Positions 51,693 through 60,210 of a stretch of 61,473 bases of DNA are shown in pieces; the stretch's first letter is position 1; the number at the start of each line of letters is the position of its first letter. The stretch spans positions 1 through 61,473 of the forward strand of contig JBEVIG010000158.1 of assembly GCA_040510855.1 (NCBI GenBank), in the 5' to 3' direction. The notes under the pieces were generated by a model. That model saw only the letters and a program-made list of their open reading frames with translations, had not been told where the DNA came from and searched no databases. The position numbers were made by a program, and so were the translations under genes. The stretch comes from Solirubrobacteraceae bacterium. GTDB lineage: Bacteria > Actinomycetota > Thermoleophilia > Solirubrobacterales > Solirubrobacteraceae.

Positions 51693-52097
51693 ATGACCGA
51701 GACGCAGGAATCCACCATCGAGCACATCGAGGAGGAGCTCTCGTGGGCCGGCCTCGCGATCGCGTACACGCTCCGGGCGGCCGAGGTGGCGCTGATCGCG
51801 CTGATCGCCCTGCTCGTCTGCCCGCCGTTGATGATCGCCACGGTCGTGGTGGTGGCGCCGCTCGCCATCATCGCCGTGGTGGTGGCCGCGCTCGCCGCGG
51901 TGATCGCGCTCCCGGTGCTCGTCGTCCGCCGCCTGCACCGCCATCGCACGCCGGACGCGCATGCCCTCGTGCACCGCCTGGCGCGGTTGGGACGCGAGGA
52001 CTCCGCGCTCGCCGCGTCGGGCGCGCGCCGCCTGGTGGCGCGGGTGCAGGCGAAGCTCCACGTCGAGCACGAGGGGCGGACCGTCCCACCGAGCTGA
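51693..52097 (+). CDS. Small two-TM membrane protein, copy P1
   Basis: ATG follows CAGGAGG. Hydrophobic hairpin containing CPPL and ending ALPVLVVRRLHRHRTP. Same architecture as 55135-55506. Confidence 0.6.
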   Translation: MTETQESTIEHIEEELSWAGLAIAYTLRAAEVALIALIALLVCPPLMIATVVVVAPLAIIAVVVAALAAVIALPVLVVRRLHRHRTPDAHALVHRLARLGREDSALAASGARRLVARVQAKLHVEHEGRTVPPS

Positions 52098-52109
52098 CCG
52101 GGCAAACCG

Positions 52110-52122
52110 CCGCCGATTCGTG
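52110..52122 (+). promoter_or_regulatory. Conserved upstream box CCGCCGATTCGTG of LuxR paralog B (with GATAAT at 52134-52139)
   Basis: Identical 13-mer to the paralog A upstream region. GATAAT lies 11 nt before ATG 52151, suggesting a very short or absent leader. Confidence 0.5.
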
Positions 52123-52150
52123 GCGGCGCAGGCGATAATGGGTCAGCCGC

Positions 52151-54895
52151 ATGACGACGACCCGCCTCCCACCGTCGCGCTTCCTGGATCGCCGGACCGA
52201 GCGCGAGGCGCTGGACGAGCTGGTCGCCGGCGTGCTCGGCGGCCAGAGCCGGGTGCTCGTGCTCCGCGGCGAGGCGGGCATCGGGAAGACCGCGCTGCTG
52301 CGGTATCTCGCGGAGAGTGCGAAGGAGTGCCGGGTCGCCCACGCGTCCGGCGTCGAGTCCGAGATGGAGCTCCCCTTCGCCGGGCTCCATGCCCTGTGCG
52401 CGCCGATGCTCCGGCGGCTGCCGCGGCTGCCAGAGCCGCAGCGCGATGCCCTCGGCACCGCGTTCGGCCTGACCGCCGGAGCGCCGCCGGACCGGTTCCT
52501 CGTCGGCCTCGCGGTGCTGGGGCTGCTCGCCGACCTGGCCGAGGATCGTCCGCTCCTGTGCATCGTCGACGACGCGCAGTGGCTCGACCGGATCTCGGCG
52601 CAGACGCTGACGTTCGTCGCGCGGCGGCTGCTCGCGGAGCGGGTGGGCCTGGTGTTCGCGCTGCGGGAGCCGGTGGCCGAGCCGGAGTTCGCCGGCCTGC
52701 CCGAGCTCGTGCTCGGCGGGATCGAGGGTCCCGATGCGGACGCGCTGCTCGAGGCGACGCTCCCCGGGCCGCTCGACGAGCGGGTGCGCCGGCGCGTCCT
52801 CGCCGAGGCGCGCGGCAATCCGCTCGCGCTGCTCGAGCTGCCGCGTGGCCTGGCGCTGCCGGGCACGATGCCCCTGACCAGCCGGCTCGAGCAGGGGTTC
52901 GTGCGCCGGCTCGAGCCGCTGCCGGACCGGACGCAGCGGCTCCTGCTGCTGGCGGCGGCGGAGCCGGTCGGCGACGTGACGCTGCGGTGGCGTGCCGCCG
53001 AGCTGCTCGGGATCGGGCCCGACGCGGCCGCGCCGGCGGAGGCCGCCGGCCTGATCGAGTTCCGGGCGCGGGTGCGGTTCCAGCATCCGCTCGTGCGCTC
53101 GGCCGCCTACCGCGCGGCGGATCCCGGCGCCCGGCGGGCGGTCCACGCGGCGCTGGCGGAGGCGACCGATCCACAGCTGGACCCGGACCGGCGTGCCTGG
53201 CACCGCGCCCACGCGTCCGGGGCGCCCGACGCGTCGGTGGCCGACGAGCTCGAGCGTTCCGCCGCGCGCGCCCGGGCGCGGGGCGGCGTCTCGGCCGCGG
53301 CCGCCTTCCTCGAACGCGCCGCGGAGCTGACGCCCGATGCCGAGGCCCAGGGCGGACGGGCGCTGGCCGCCGCGCAGGCCAGGTTCGAGTCGGGCGCGCC
53401 GGCTGCGGCGCGCGAGCTGCTCGAGGTCGCGGAGGCCCGCCCGCTGGATGCGCTCCAGCAGGCCCGGCTCGCGCACCTCCGCGCCCAGATCGCGTTCGTC
53501 TTCACGCGCGGCAGCGAGGCGCCCCTGCTCCTGGTCGACGCCGCCCGCCGGCTCGAGCCGCTCGATCCTCCGCTCGCCCGTGAGACGTACCTCGAGGCGC
53601 TCGGCGCGGCGATGTACGCCGGACGGCTCGACGCCGACTCCGGCGGGCGGGACGTTGCCGAGGCCGCCGGCGCCGCACCCCCGTCGCCGGATCCGCCGCG
53701 ATCCGCCGACCTCGTCCTCGACGGCCTCGCGCAGCGGTGCACGCAGGGCCCCGACGCCGGCGTCCCGCCGCTGCGGCGCGCGCTCGACGCGTACGCGACC
53801 GAGCCGCTCGACGACCACGTCGCGATCGTGCGCTGGCTCCTCCTGGCCCCGGTCGTGCAGTCGATGACGGTGTTCGAGCTCTGGGACGACGACGCCTTCC
53901 ACACGCTCGCCACGCGCACGGTCCGGCTCGCGCGCGACACCGGCGCGCTCGCCCTGCTGCCGGTCGCGCTCGTCTATCGCGCGGGCGCCCACGTCTTCGC
54001 AGGGGAGCTCGCGGAGGCCGAGGCGCTCATCGCGGAGGCGGACGCCATCGCCGCCGCGACCGGCAACGCCGGCCTGATGTACGCGCGGCTCCTGCTCGGT
54101 GCATGGCGCGGGATCGAGGGCGACGTCGCGGGGCTCATCGACGTGGGCCTCGGCAAGGCGTCCGTCCCGGGCGAGGGGCCGGTCGTGGCGATGGCGGGCT
54201 ACGCCGCCGCCGTCCTCAACAACGGCCTCGGGCGCTACGAGGCGGCGGTCGCGGCCGCCCGGCGCGGCAGCGACGGGGGCGACTGGGGGTACTCGGGCGC
54301 CGCGCTGCCGGAGCTCGTCGAGGCGGCGACCCGCTGCGCCAGGCCGGATGTCGCCGCCCCGGCGCTCGCCCGGCTCGAGGAACGCGCACGCGCCGCGGGC
54401 ACGGACTGGTCGCTCGGGATGCTCGCGCGCACGCGGGCGCTCGCCGGCGACGGCGACGAGACGGAGGCGCGCCACCGGGAGGCGATCGAGCGGCTCGGGC
54501 GCACGCGCGTCCGGGTGGAGCTCGCCCGCGCGCAGCTGCTGTACGGCGAATGGCTCCGGCGCGAGAACCGCCGGGTCGACGCGCGCGAGCAGCTCCGGGC
54601 CGCGCACGAGACGTTCAGCCGCGCCGGGGCGGAGGCGTTCGCCGAGCGCGCGCGGCGCGAGCTGCTCGCCACGGGGGAGACCGTGCGCAGGGTGACGAGC
54701 GAGACGCGCGACGCCCTGACGCCGCAGGAGGCGCAGATCGCGACGCTCGCCGCGGACGGCAGCACGAACCCCGAGATCGGCGCCCAGCTCTTCATCAGCC
54801 CGCGCACGGTCGAGTATCACCTGCGCAAGGTCTTCGCGAAGCTCGACGTGAGCTCGCGCAAGGAGCTGCGCGGGGCGCTCGCCGGCCGGGGCTGA
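52151..54895 (+). CDS. LuxR-family STAND regulator, paralog B
   Basis: Walker A GEAGIGKTALL and DDAQWLD. C-terminal HTH NPEIGAQLFISPRTVEYHLRKVF. 68/100 identities to paralog A over the first 100 aligned residues (hand count). Confidence 0.9.
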   Translation: MTTTRLPPSRFLDRRTEREALDELVAGVLGGQSRVLVLRGEAGIGKTALLRYLAESAKECRVAHASGVESEMELPFAGLHALCAPMLRRLPRLPEPQRDALGTAFGLTAGAPPDRFLVGLAVLGLLADLAEDRPLLCIVDDAQWLDRISAQTLTFVARRLLAERVGLVFALREPVAEPEFAGLPELVLGGIEGPDADALLEATLPGPLDERVRRRVLAEARGNPLALLELPRGLALPGTMPLTSRLEQGFVRRLEPLPDRTQRLLLLAAAEPVGDVTLRWRAAELLGIGPDAAAPAEAAGLIEFRARVRFQHPLVRSAAYRAADPGARRAVHAALAEATDPQLDPDRRAWHRAHASGAPDASVADELERSAARARARGGVSAAAAFLERAAELTPDAEAQGGRALAAAQARFESGAPAAARELLEVAEARPLDALQQARLAHLRAQIAFVFTRGSEAPLLLVDAARRLEPLDPPLARETYLEALGAAMYAGRLDADSGGRDVAEAAGAAPPSPDPPRSADLVLDGLAQRCTQGPDAGVPPLRRALDAYATEPLDDHVAIVRWLLLAPVVQSMTVFELWDDDAFHTLATRTVRLARDTGALALLPVALVYRAGAHVFAGELAEAEALIAEADAIAAATGNAGLMYARLLLGAWRGIEGDVAGLIDVGLGKASVPGEGPVVAMAGYAAAVLNNGLGRYEAAVAAARRGSDGGDWGYSGAALPELVEAATRCARPDVAAPALARLEERARAAGTDWSLGMLARTRALAGDGDETEARHREAIERLGRTRVRVELARAQLLYGEWLRRENRRVDAREQLRAAHETFSRAGAEAFAERARRELLATGETVRRVTSETRDALTPQEAQIATLAADGSTNPEIGAQLFISPRTVEYHLRKVFAKLDVSSRKELRGALAGRG

Positions 54896-55134
54896 CCCGG
54901 CTCCGCGGCGGAGCGACCGGGGACCCGCCCGTCGATCGCCCGGATGCACGGCGTATGTCGCGACCGGTGAGAAGCCCCCGATGCAGGCGAAGCTGCCGTC
55001 CGCGTCGCTGCTCCCGGCCGACGCCGGCACGCGTGACCGGTATCACCCCAGGGGCCACCGCGGGCAGGTGACTAGGGACGTGATGCGGGACCTGCCCGGA
55101 CGCGATCAGACCGGATCGGGAGCAGGCTCGACGC

Positions 55135-55506
55135 ATGACCTCCACCGTGCTGCTCACCACTCCTGACGGCCCGGCCGCCCATCCCGCGGATGGCGTGCAT
55201 CCGGCCCGCGACGGGGCGCTCGACGAGCTCGTGCCCCTGCTCGGCGTGATCGCGGTCGCCGGGCCGCCCGTGCTGCTCCTCGCCGGGCCGCTCGTGCTCA
55301 TCGCGCTGATGGTCGCCGGCCCGGTCGTGCTCATCCTGACGGGCGTCGCGCTGGTCGTCGGCGCCGCGGGGCTGCTCGGCGTCGTGCTGGCGGTGCCGTA
55401 CCTCCTGCTGCGGGCAGTCCATGCGCGCCCGGCGTCGCCGCGGCCCGCGCCCGCCTGGCATCGGCTGGCGCAGGTCCCGGTCACGCCGCGGCGGAGGGCC
55501 GCGTGA
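55135..55506 (+). CDS. Small two-TM membrane protein, copy P2
   Basis: Hydrophobic hairpin containing GPPV and ending AVPYLLLRAVHARP. Its stop overlaps the start of the ECF sigma gene. Confidence 0.55.
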   Translation: MTSTVLLTTPDGPAAHPADGVHPARDGALDELVPLLGVIAVAGPPVLLLAGPLVLIALMVAGPVVLILTGVALVVGAAGLLGVVLAVPYLLLRAVHARPASPRPAPAWHRLAQVPVTPRRRAA

Positions 55507-56141
55507 TGGCGCTCGCCGTCGCCGACCACGACACGGACGCGTTCGAGCGCGTCCGGCCCCGGTTGACCGGCATCGCCCACCGCGTGCTGGGCGGCGCGGG
55601 GGAGGCGGACGACGTCCTCCAGGACGCCTGGATCCGGTGGCAGTCGACCGACCGCCGCGAGGTCCGCGATCCCGTCGCCTTCCTCGCCACGACCACGACG
55701 CGCCTCGCGATCAACGTGCTCCAGTCGGCCCGCGTCCGGCACGAGGCGCCGGTCCGCCCCGAGTACGCCGACCGGATCGACGCGGGCGCCGATCCGTCGC
55801 GCGAGACGGAGCAGCGGGAGTCGATCGATCTCGCGATGCGCCGGCTGCTGGAGCGGCTGTCGCCGTCGGAGCGCGCCGCGTACGTGCTGCGCGAGGCCTT
55901 CGAATACCCGTACCGCCGCATCGCGGAGGTCCTGGCGGTCGGCGAGGCGAACGCGCGCCAGCTCGTGACGCGCGCGCGGCGGGCGCTCGCCGCCGGCCCG
56001 CGGCAGGCCGTCGACCCGTGCGAGCTGCAGCAGCTCGTCGACGCGTTCGTCGTCGCCGCGCGCGGCGGCGGGCTCGCCGCGCTCGAGCGGCTGCTCACCG
56101 GCGGCATGGAGCCGTCCCACCAGCGCCGGCTCGCCGCATGA
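55503..56141 (+). CDS. ECF (group 4) sigma-70 factor, ECF41/SigJ-like, with shortened C-terminal extension
   Basis: Region 2 [33 protein letters not shown]. Region 4 [44 protein letters not shown]. Only about 45 aa follow region 4. Confidence 0.75.
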   Translation: MMALAVADHDTDAFERVRPRLTGIAHRVLGGAGEADDVLQDAWIRWQSTDRREVRDPVAFLATTTTRLAINVLQSARVRHEAPVRPEYADRIDAGADPSRETEQRESIDLAMRRLLERLSPSERAAYVLREAFEYPYRRIAEVLAVGEANARQLVTRARRALAAGPRQAVDPCELQQLVDAFVVAARGGGLAALERLLTGGMEPSHQRRLAA

Positions 56142-56394
56142 CGCCCGCGACGCCCACCCCCGTCATCGCGCCGCCCGACGTCCTGGCCGCCGTCGGCCTG
56201 CGCGTCCATCCGGGCCGAGCCGACACGGTCGTGCGGTACACGGCCGAGATGCTCGGTACGGCGTTCATGGCCGCGTATCCGTGGACGCCCGCGCACGGCT
56301 GGGCGGCGAGCAACTGATGGCGCGGGGACGCCTAGGGACCCGACGCGGGACTCCGACGGACGCGATCCCGGCCGCGCGGCGGGACAGTGGTCCC

Positions 56395-57378
56395 ATGTAC
56401 TCCACCGATCAGGCGCACGTCCTCCCGGAGCCCCGTCCCGACAGCCCGCTGCCCGCGCCGCCGGCGTCGGACGGGATCGACCTGCTGCGCGTCGCCGACC
56501 TGTCGGCGACGCAGCTCAACGCGCTGCTCGACACGGCCGGCGCGATGCGCGACGGCCCGGCATGGTGGACGCGGCGGCATCCGCGCTCGGCGGTCGCCTG
56601 CCTCTTCGACGCGGCGTCCAGCCGCACCCGCATGTCCTTCGAGGCCGCGGCCCAGCATCTCGGGATGCTCCCGATCGTGCTGGAGCCCGGCGAGGCGCCG
56701 CACGAGTCGCTGCAGGGCACGGCCCGCGTGCTGTCCACGCACGCCGTCGCGATCGTCGTCCGCACCGCGGAGCAGACGACGCTCGAGGCCGTCGCCGACG
56801 CCGCGGAGGTCCCCGTGATCAACGCGGCGACCGACCGGCACAACCCCTGCCAGGCGATCGCCGACCTCCTCACGCTGCGCCGGCGGTTCGGCTACCTGGA
56901 TGGGCTCCGGCTCGCCGTCGTGGGCATCGCCGACAACGTCACCCACTCGCTCATGGAGGCGGGCGCGCTGGCCGGCATGCACGTCATGGTCGCCGGACCA
57001 CCCGGCTGCGGTCCGGATCACGAGGTGACGGTGCAGGCGGTCGCGCTGGCCGAGCAGCACGGCGGGCTGATCCACGTCGGCCGCGACCCGCACGCGGCCG
57101 TGGCCGGCGCCGACGTCGTCTACACGGGCGCGTGGGCGATGCGGGGCCGGCGGCCGGCGGTCGCGGACGTCGAGGCCTACCGCGTGGACGCGGCGCTCAT
57201 GCGGCTGGCGTCGCCGCGCGCCGTGTTCATGCACAGCCTCCCCGAGTGCCGCGGCGACGAGGTCACGGCCGAGGTCGCCGACGGCCCGGCGTCCGCGATG
57301 TGGGAGCAGGCGGCGAATCGGCTGCCGACCGCGGAGGCCCTCCTGCACGGCGTCGTGACCGGCGGCTGGGACGGCTGA
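56395..57378 (+). CDS. Aspartate/ornithine carbamoyltransferase-family protein with divergent second-substrate motifs
   Basis: SSRTRMSFE (STRTR-like), NPCQAIADL (HPxQ-like) and [10 protein letters not shown] are conserved. HSLP replaces HCLP, and YTGAWAMRG replaces the DxxxSMG loop. Confidence 0.75.
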   Translation: MYSTDQAHVLPEPRPDSPLPAPPASDGIDLLRVADLSATQLNALLDTAGAMRDGPAWWTRRHPRSAVACLFDAASSRTRMSFEAAAQHLGMLPIVLEPGEAPHESLQGTARVLSTHAVAIVVRTAEQTTLEAVADAAEVPVINAATDRHNPCQAIADLLTLRRRFGYLDGLRLAVVGIADNVTHSLMEAGALAGMHVMVAGPPGCGPDHEVTVQAVALAEQHGGLIHVGRDPHAAVAGADVVYTGAWAMRGRRPAVADVEAYRVDAALMRLASPRAVFMHSLPECRGDEVTAEVADGPASAMWEQAANRLPTAEALLHGVVTGGWDG

Positions 57379-57384
57379 GCCGGG

Positions 57385-58725
57385 TCAGCCGGGCGGCACG
57401 AGGATGTCGGCCAGCCCGAAGGCGCCGGGCCGCCGTGCGGGCAGGGTCGGCGCCCACGCGGGGTCGGCCGAGCGGAACGAGGCCGGGTCGGCGTCGATGA
57501 TCCCGACCAGCACCTCACCGACGATCCGGCCGCCCACGGGCCCGAGCCGATCGCCGTCTTGCAGCACGTCGGACTCCTTCAGGACGTACAGCCACAGCGG
57601 CGTCTCGTCGTGCCAGCCATGCGCGGCCAGCCCGACCTGCTCCGGCCGGAGCGCGGGCACGCCGAGGTGCGCGGCGATCGCCTCGCCCGACGCGAGCCCG
57701 ACGGCCTGGCCCCGCTGCAGGTCGCGCGTGGCCAGCGACGCGTAGTCCGTGCCCGGCGCCGAGCCGGAGATCTGCATCGGCAGCGCGATCAGCGATGCGG
57801 GGAGCCGCATGTCGATGCGCTTGGAGCGCTGCGCCGGCGGGTGGCCGTCCACGTCGATCAGGAGCGGCCAGTCGACCGCGCGCTCCGGCGGGACGGGGCC
57901 GAAGCCCATGAGGTCCGGGAAGACGGGCACGGGGTCGAAGGTCGCGTTGACCCGGTAGCGGTCGCGGATCTGGGCGTGGCCGTAGCGGTACGCGGCATCG
58001 GCGAACTCGAACGGGATGGCGGGAGCGTCGCCGTGGTGGCGCGTGCCGTCCGCGAGCAGCTCGGCGGTCAGCTCTGCGCCGATCAGCGCGGGCAGGAACT
58101 CGCGCAGGATGACGTGCTGGTAGTGCCACGTCGTGGCCCGCCGCGCCTCCGCGAACAGCTCCGCATCGGCGACGCCGTCGTCACGGAGCCGGTCGACGAG
58201 CAGGTTGTGGAGCCGGATGAACGCGACCGTGAGCTGGTTGGTGAAGAGCTGGACGTCGTTGCGCGGGTCGCCGACCAGCGCGATCCCGTCCTGGTTGCGC
58301 GGGACGTCGCTGCCGTTCTCGGCGAGGAGCAGCTTGGCGGGGTCGTCGCTGCGGTAGAGGAAGGGCATGCCGACCGGGCCCGCGCCGTAGAGGCCCTCGA
58401 GGTCCGCCCGCGGCGCGCGGGCGTTGCGGAGCCCGGACCGATCGGCGCGGCTCCGCAGGGGCGAGCGGTCGGCGGTGATGTCGTGCGCGAGGAACTGCCC
58501 GAAGAACGGCCACACCGCGGCGACGCGGGAGTCGACGCGTCCGGCGTCCGCGCCGAGGTCGCACGGGCCGCCGGGGCCGCCGAGCGCGTGCAGCGCCGCC
58601 TCGTCCGCGCGCAGCGGCGGCAGGTGCTCGAACAGCAGCCGGTAGCCGCTGCCGTTGACGGGTGCGTCCACGCGCGCGGGCGCGAGGCAGTGGTCACGGG
58701 CGGCCCGGGCGGCGTGCCGGCTCAT
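57385..58725 (-). CDS. Animal-type heme peroxidase (peroxidase-cyclooxygenase superfamily)
   Basis: Distal-His motif FFGQFLAHDIT, VGDPRNDVQ, and proximal-His motif AAYRYGHAQI. No signal peptide. Confidence 0.8.
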   Translation of the reverse strand: MSRHAARAARDHCLAPARVDAPVNGSGYRLLFEHLPPLRADEAALHALGGPGGPCDLGADAGRVDSRVAAVWPFFGQFLAHDITADRSPLRSRADRSGLRNARAPRADLEGLYGAGPVGMPFLYRSDDPAKLLLAENGSDVPRNQDGIALVGDPRNDVQLFTNQLTVAFIRLHNLLVDRLRDDGVADAELFAEARRATTWHYQHVILREFLPALIGAELTAELLADGTRHHGDAPAIPFEFADAAYRYGHAQIRDRYRVNATFDPVPVFPDLMGFGPVPPERAVDWPLLIDVDGHPPAQRSKRIDMRLPASLIALPMQISGSAPGTDYASLATRDLQRGQAVGLASGEAIAAHLGVPALRPEQVGLAAHGWHDETPLWLYVLKESDVLQDGDRLGPVGGRIVGEVLVGIIDADPASFRSADPAWAPTLPARRPGAFGLADILVPPG

Positions 58726-58810
58726 CGGCACGAGAGTACGGCAGGACCGGGGATCCGACTGGGGACCCACCCTGACGAGACACGGCGCGGGGTCCGGCAG
58801 CCTCGGGCGC

Positions 58811-59980
58811 ATGGTCGCCACCGTCCCGACGCGCCACCTCCGTCCGCGCGGCGTGGGGGAGCAGCCCATCACGACGGTCGAGCTCTTCTTCGACCTGGTC
58901 TACGTCTTCGCGATCACGCAGCTCTCGCACGTGATCCTGGACGACCTGACGGTCGCCGGGGTCGCGCGAGCGGCCTTCCTGCTGCTGATCGTGTGGTGGG
59001 CGTGGATCTACACGACCTGGATGGCCAACTGGTTCGACCCGGCGTCGCCGGCGGTCCGGGCCGTGCTCACCGCCGTCATGCTCGCGAGCCTGCTCATGGC
59101 CGCCGCGCTGCCAGGTGCCTTCGGCGAGCACGGCCTCCTGTTCGCGGTCAGCTACGTCGCCCTGCAGGTCGGCCGGAACGTGGCGGCCGCGAGCCTGCTG
59201 CGGCGTGGCGACCCGCTCCGGGACGTCTTCGAGCGACTCGTCGGCTGGAGCGCGGTGTCCGGGGTGCTGTGGGTGGCGGGCGCGGCGCTGCCGGGCGACC
59301 GGCGGCTGCTGCTCTGGATCCCCGCGGCGGTGCTCGACCTCTGCGCGCCGGTGGCCGGCTACTGGCTGCCGTTCCGCGGCCGTACGGCGACGACGGACTA
59401 CGACATCGAGGGCGCCCACTTCACCGACCGCTGCCAGGCGTTCGTGATCATCGCGCTCGGCGAGTCGATCGTCGTCACGGGCGCGACGGCCGCGGACGCC
59501 GGCCTGAGCGGCACCGTGGTCCTCTGCCTCGGCATCGCCTTCGTCGAGACCGCGGCGCTGTGGTGGCTCTACTTCGGCGTGGTCGCCGAGCGCTCCCGCG
59601 AGGTGATGCGCACGTGCGAGGACCCCGGCCGGCTGGCGCGCGACGCCTTCACGTACCTCCACGTCCCGATCGTCGCGGGGATCATCGCCGTGGCGGTCGG
59701 CGACGACCTGCTCATCGCCCACCCGGAGAGCGGGCTCCACGGCGTCGGCCTCGCGATGGTGCTCGGCGGGCCGGCGCTGTTCCTGCTGGGGGAGGGGCTG
59801 TTCCGCCTGCGCGTGACCGGTGCCGTCGACGTCCCCCGGTTCGCCGTCGCCGCGCTGCTCGTGCTGCTCGCCCCGCTGGGCTCGGCGATCAGCGCGCTCG
59901 CGCTCTGCGCGACGGTGGCCGCGTTGCTGTGCGCGCTGGCGTTGTGGGAACTGTCAATCCGAACAGGAGTCGAGCCGTGA
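58811..59980 (+). CDS. LtrA-like (low temperature requirement A family) membrane protein
   Basis: TTVELFFDLVYVFAITQLSH and WWAWIYTTWMANWF family motifs. About 10 TM helices. Confidence 0.8.
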   Translation: MVATVPTRHLRPRGVGEQPITTVELFFDLVYVFAITQLSHVILDDLTVAGVARAAFLLLIVWWAWIYTTWMANWFDPASPAVRAVLTAVMLASLLMAAALPGAFGEHGLLFAVSYVALQVGRNVAAASLLRRGDPLRDVFERLVGWSAVSGVLWVAGAALPGDRRLLLWIPAAVLDLCAPVAGYWLPFRGRTATTDYDIEGAHFTDRCQAFVIIALGESIVVTGATAADAGLSGTVVLCLGIAFVETAALWWLYFGVVAERSREVMRTCEDPGRLARDAFTYLHVPIVAGIIAVAVGDDLLIAHPESGLHGVGLAMVLGGPALFLLGEGLFRLRVTGAVDVPRFAVAALLVLLAPLGSAISALALCATVAALLCALALWELSIRTGVEP

Positions 59981-60195
59981 ACGAGATCGAGATCGTCGTG
60001 ACCGGGCCGGAGGAGGCCTACAACAACGAGGCGGAGTTCTGGTGCGCGAACGAGCTGATCGGCATCACCGTCCTGCACGAGGGCCGGCTCCACCTGCGCG
60101 TTGCGCCGCGCCCCGACGGCGCGCCGTGGATGTTCGACACGGTGAGCCTCCAGCGGTCGCTGGTCGAGGCCGAGGCACGCCTCGCCGCCTACTGA
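59977..60195 (+). CDS. Conserved micro-protein, copy S2 (72 aa)
   Basis: GTG start in a GTGA overlap with the LtrA-like stop. Paralog of 51445-51666. Confidence 0.6.
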   Translation: MNEIEIVVTGPEEAYNNEAEFWCANELIGITVLHEGRLHLRVAPRPDGAPWMFDTVSLQRSLVEAEARLAAY

Positions 60196-60210
60196 TGCCC
60201 TCGCGATCCG

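Noticed and set aside
51344-55030. Very long antisense or off-frame ORFs. Examples: 1228 aa at 51344-55030 (-), 878 aa at 57559-60195 (+), 753 aa at 26997-29258 (+), 650 aa at 26590-28542 (-), 578 aa at 20503-22239 (-), 550 aa at 18822-20474 (+), 540 aa at 23537-25159 (-).
   Set aside because: Their translations are Arg/Pro/Gly/Ala-dominated low complexity, typical of wrong-frame reading of GC-rich DNA. In each case another frame or strand encodes a protein with clear family motifs. Only the small in-frame tail of the 57559-60195 ORF (59977-60195) is kept as a gene.
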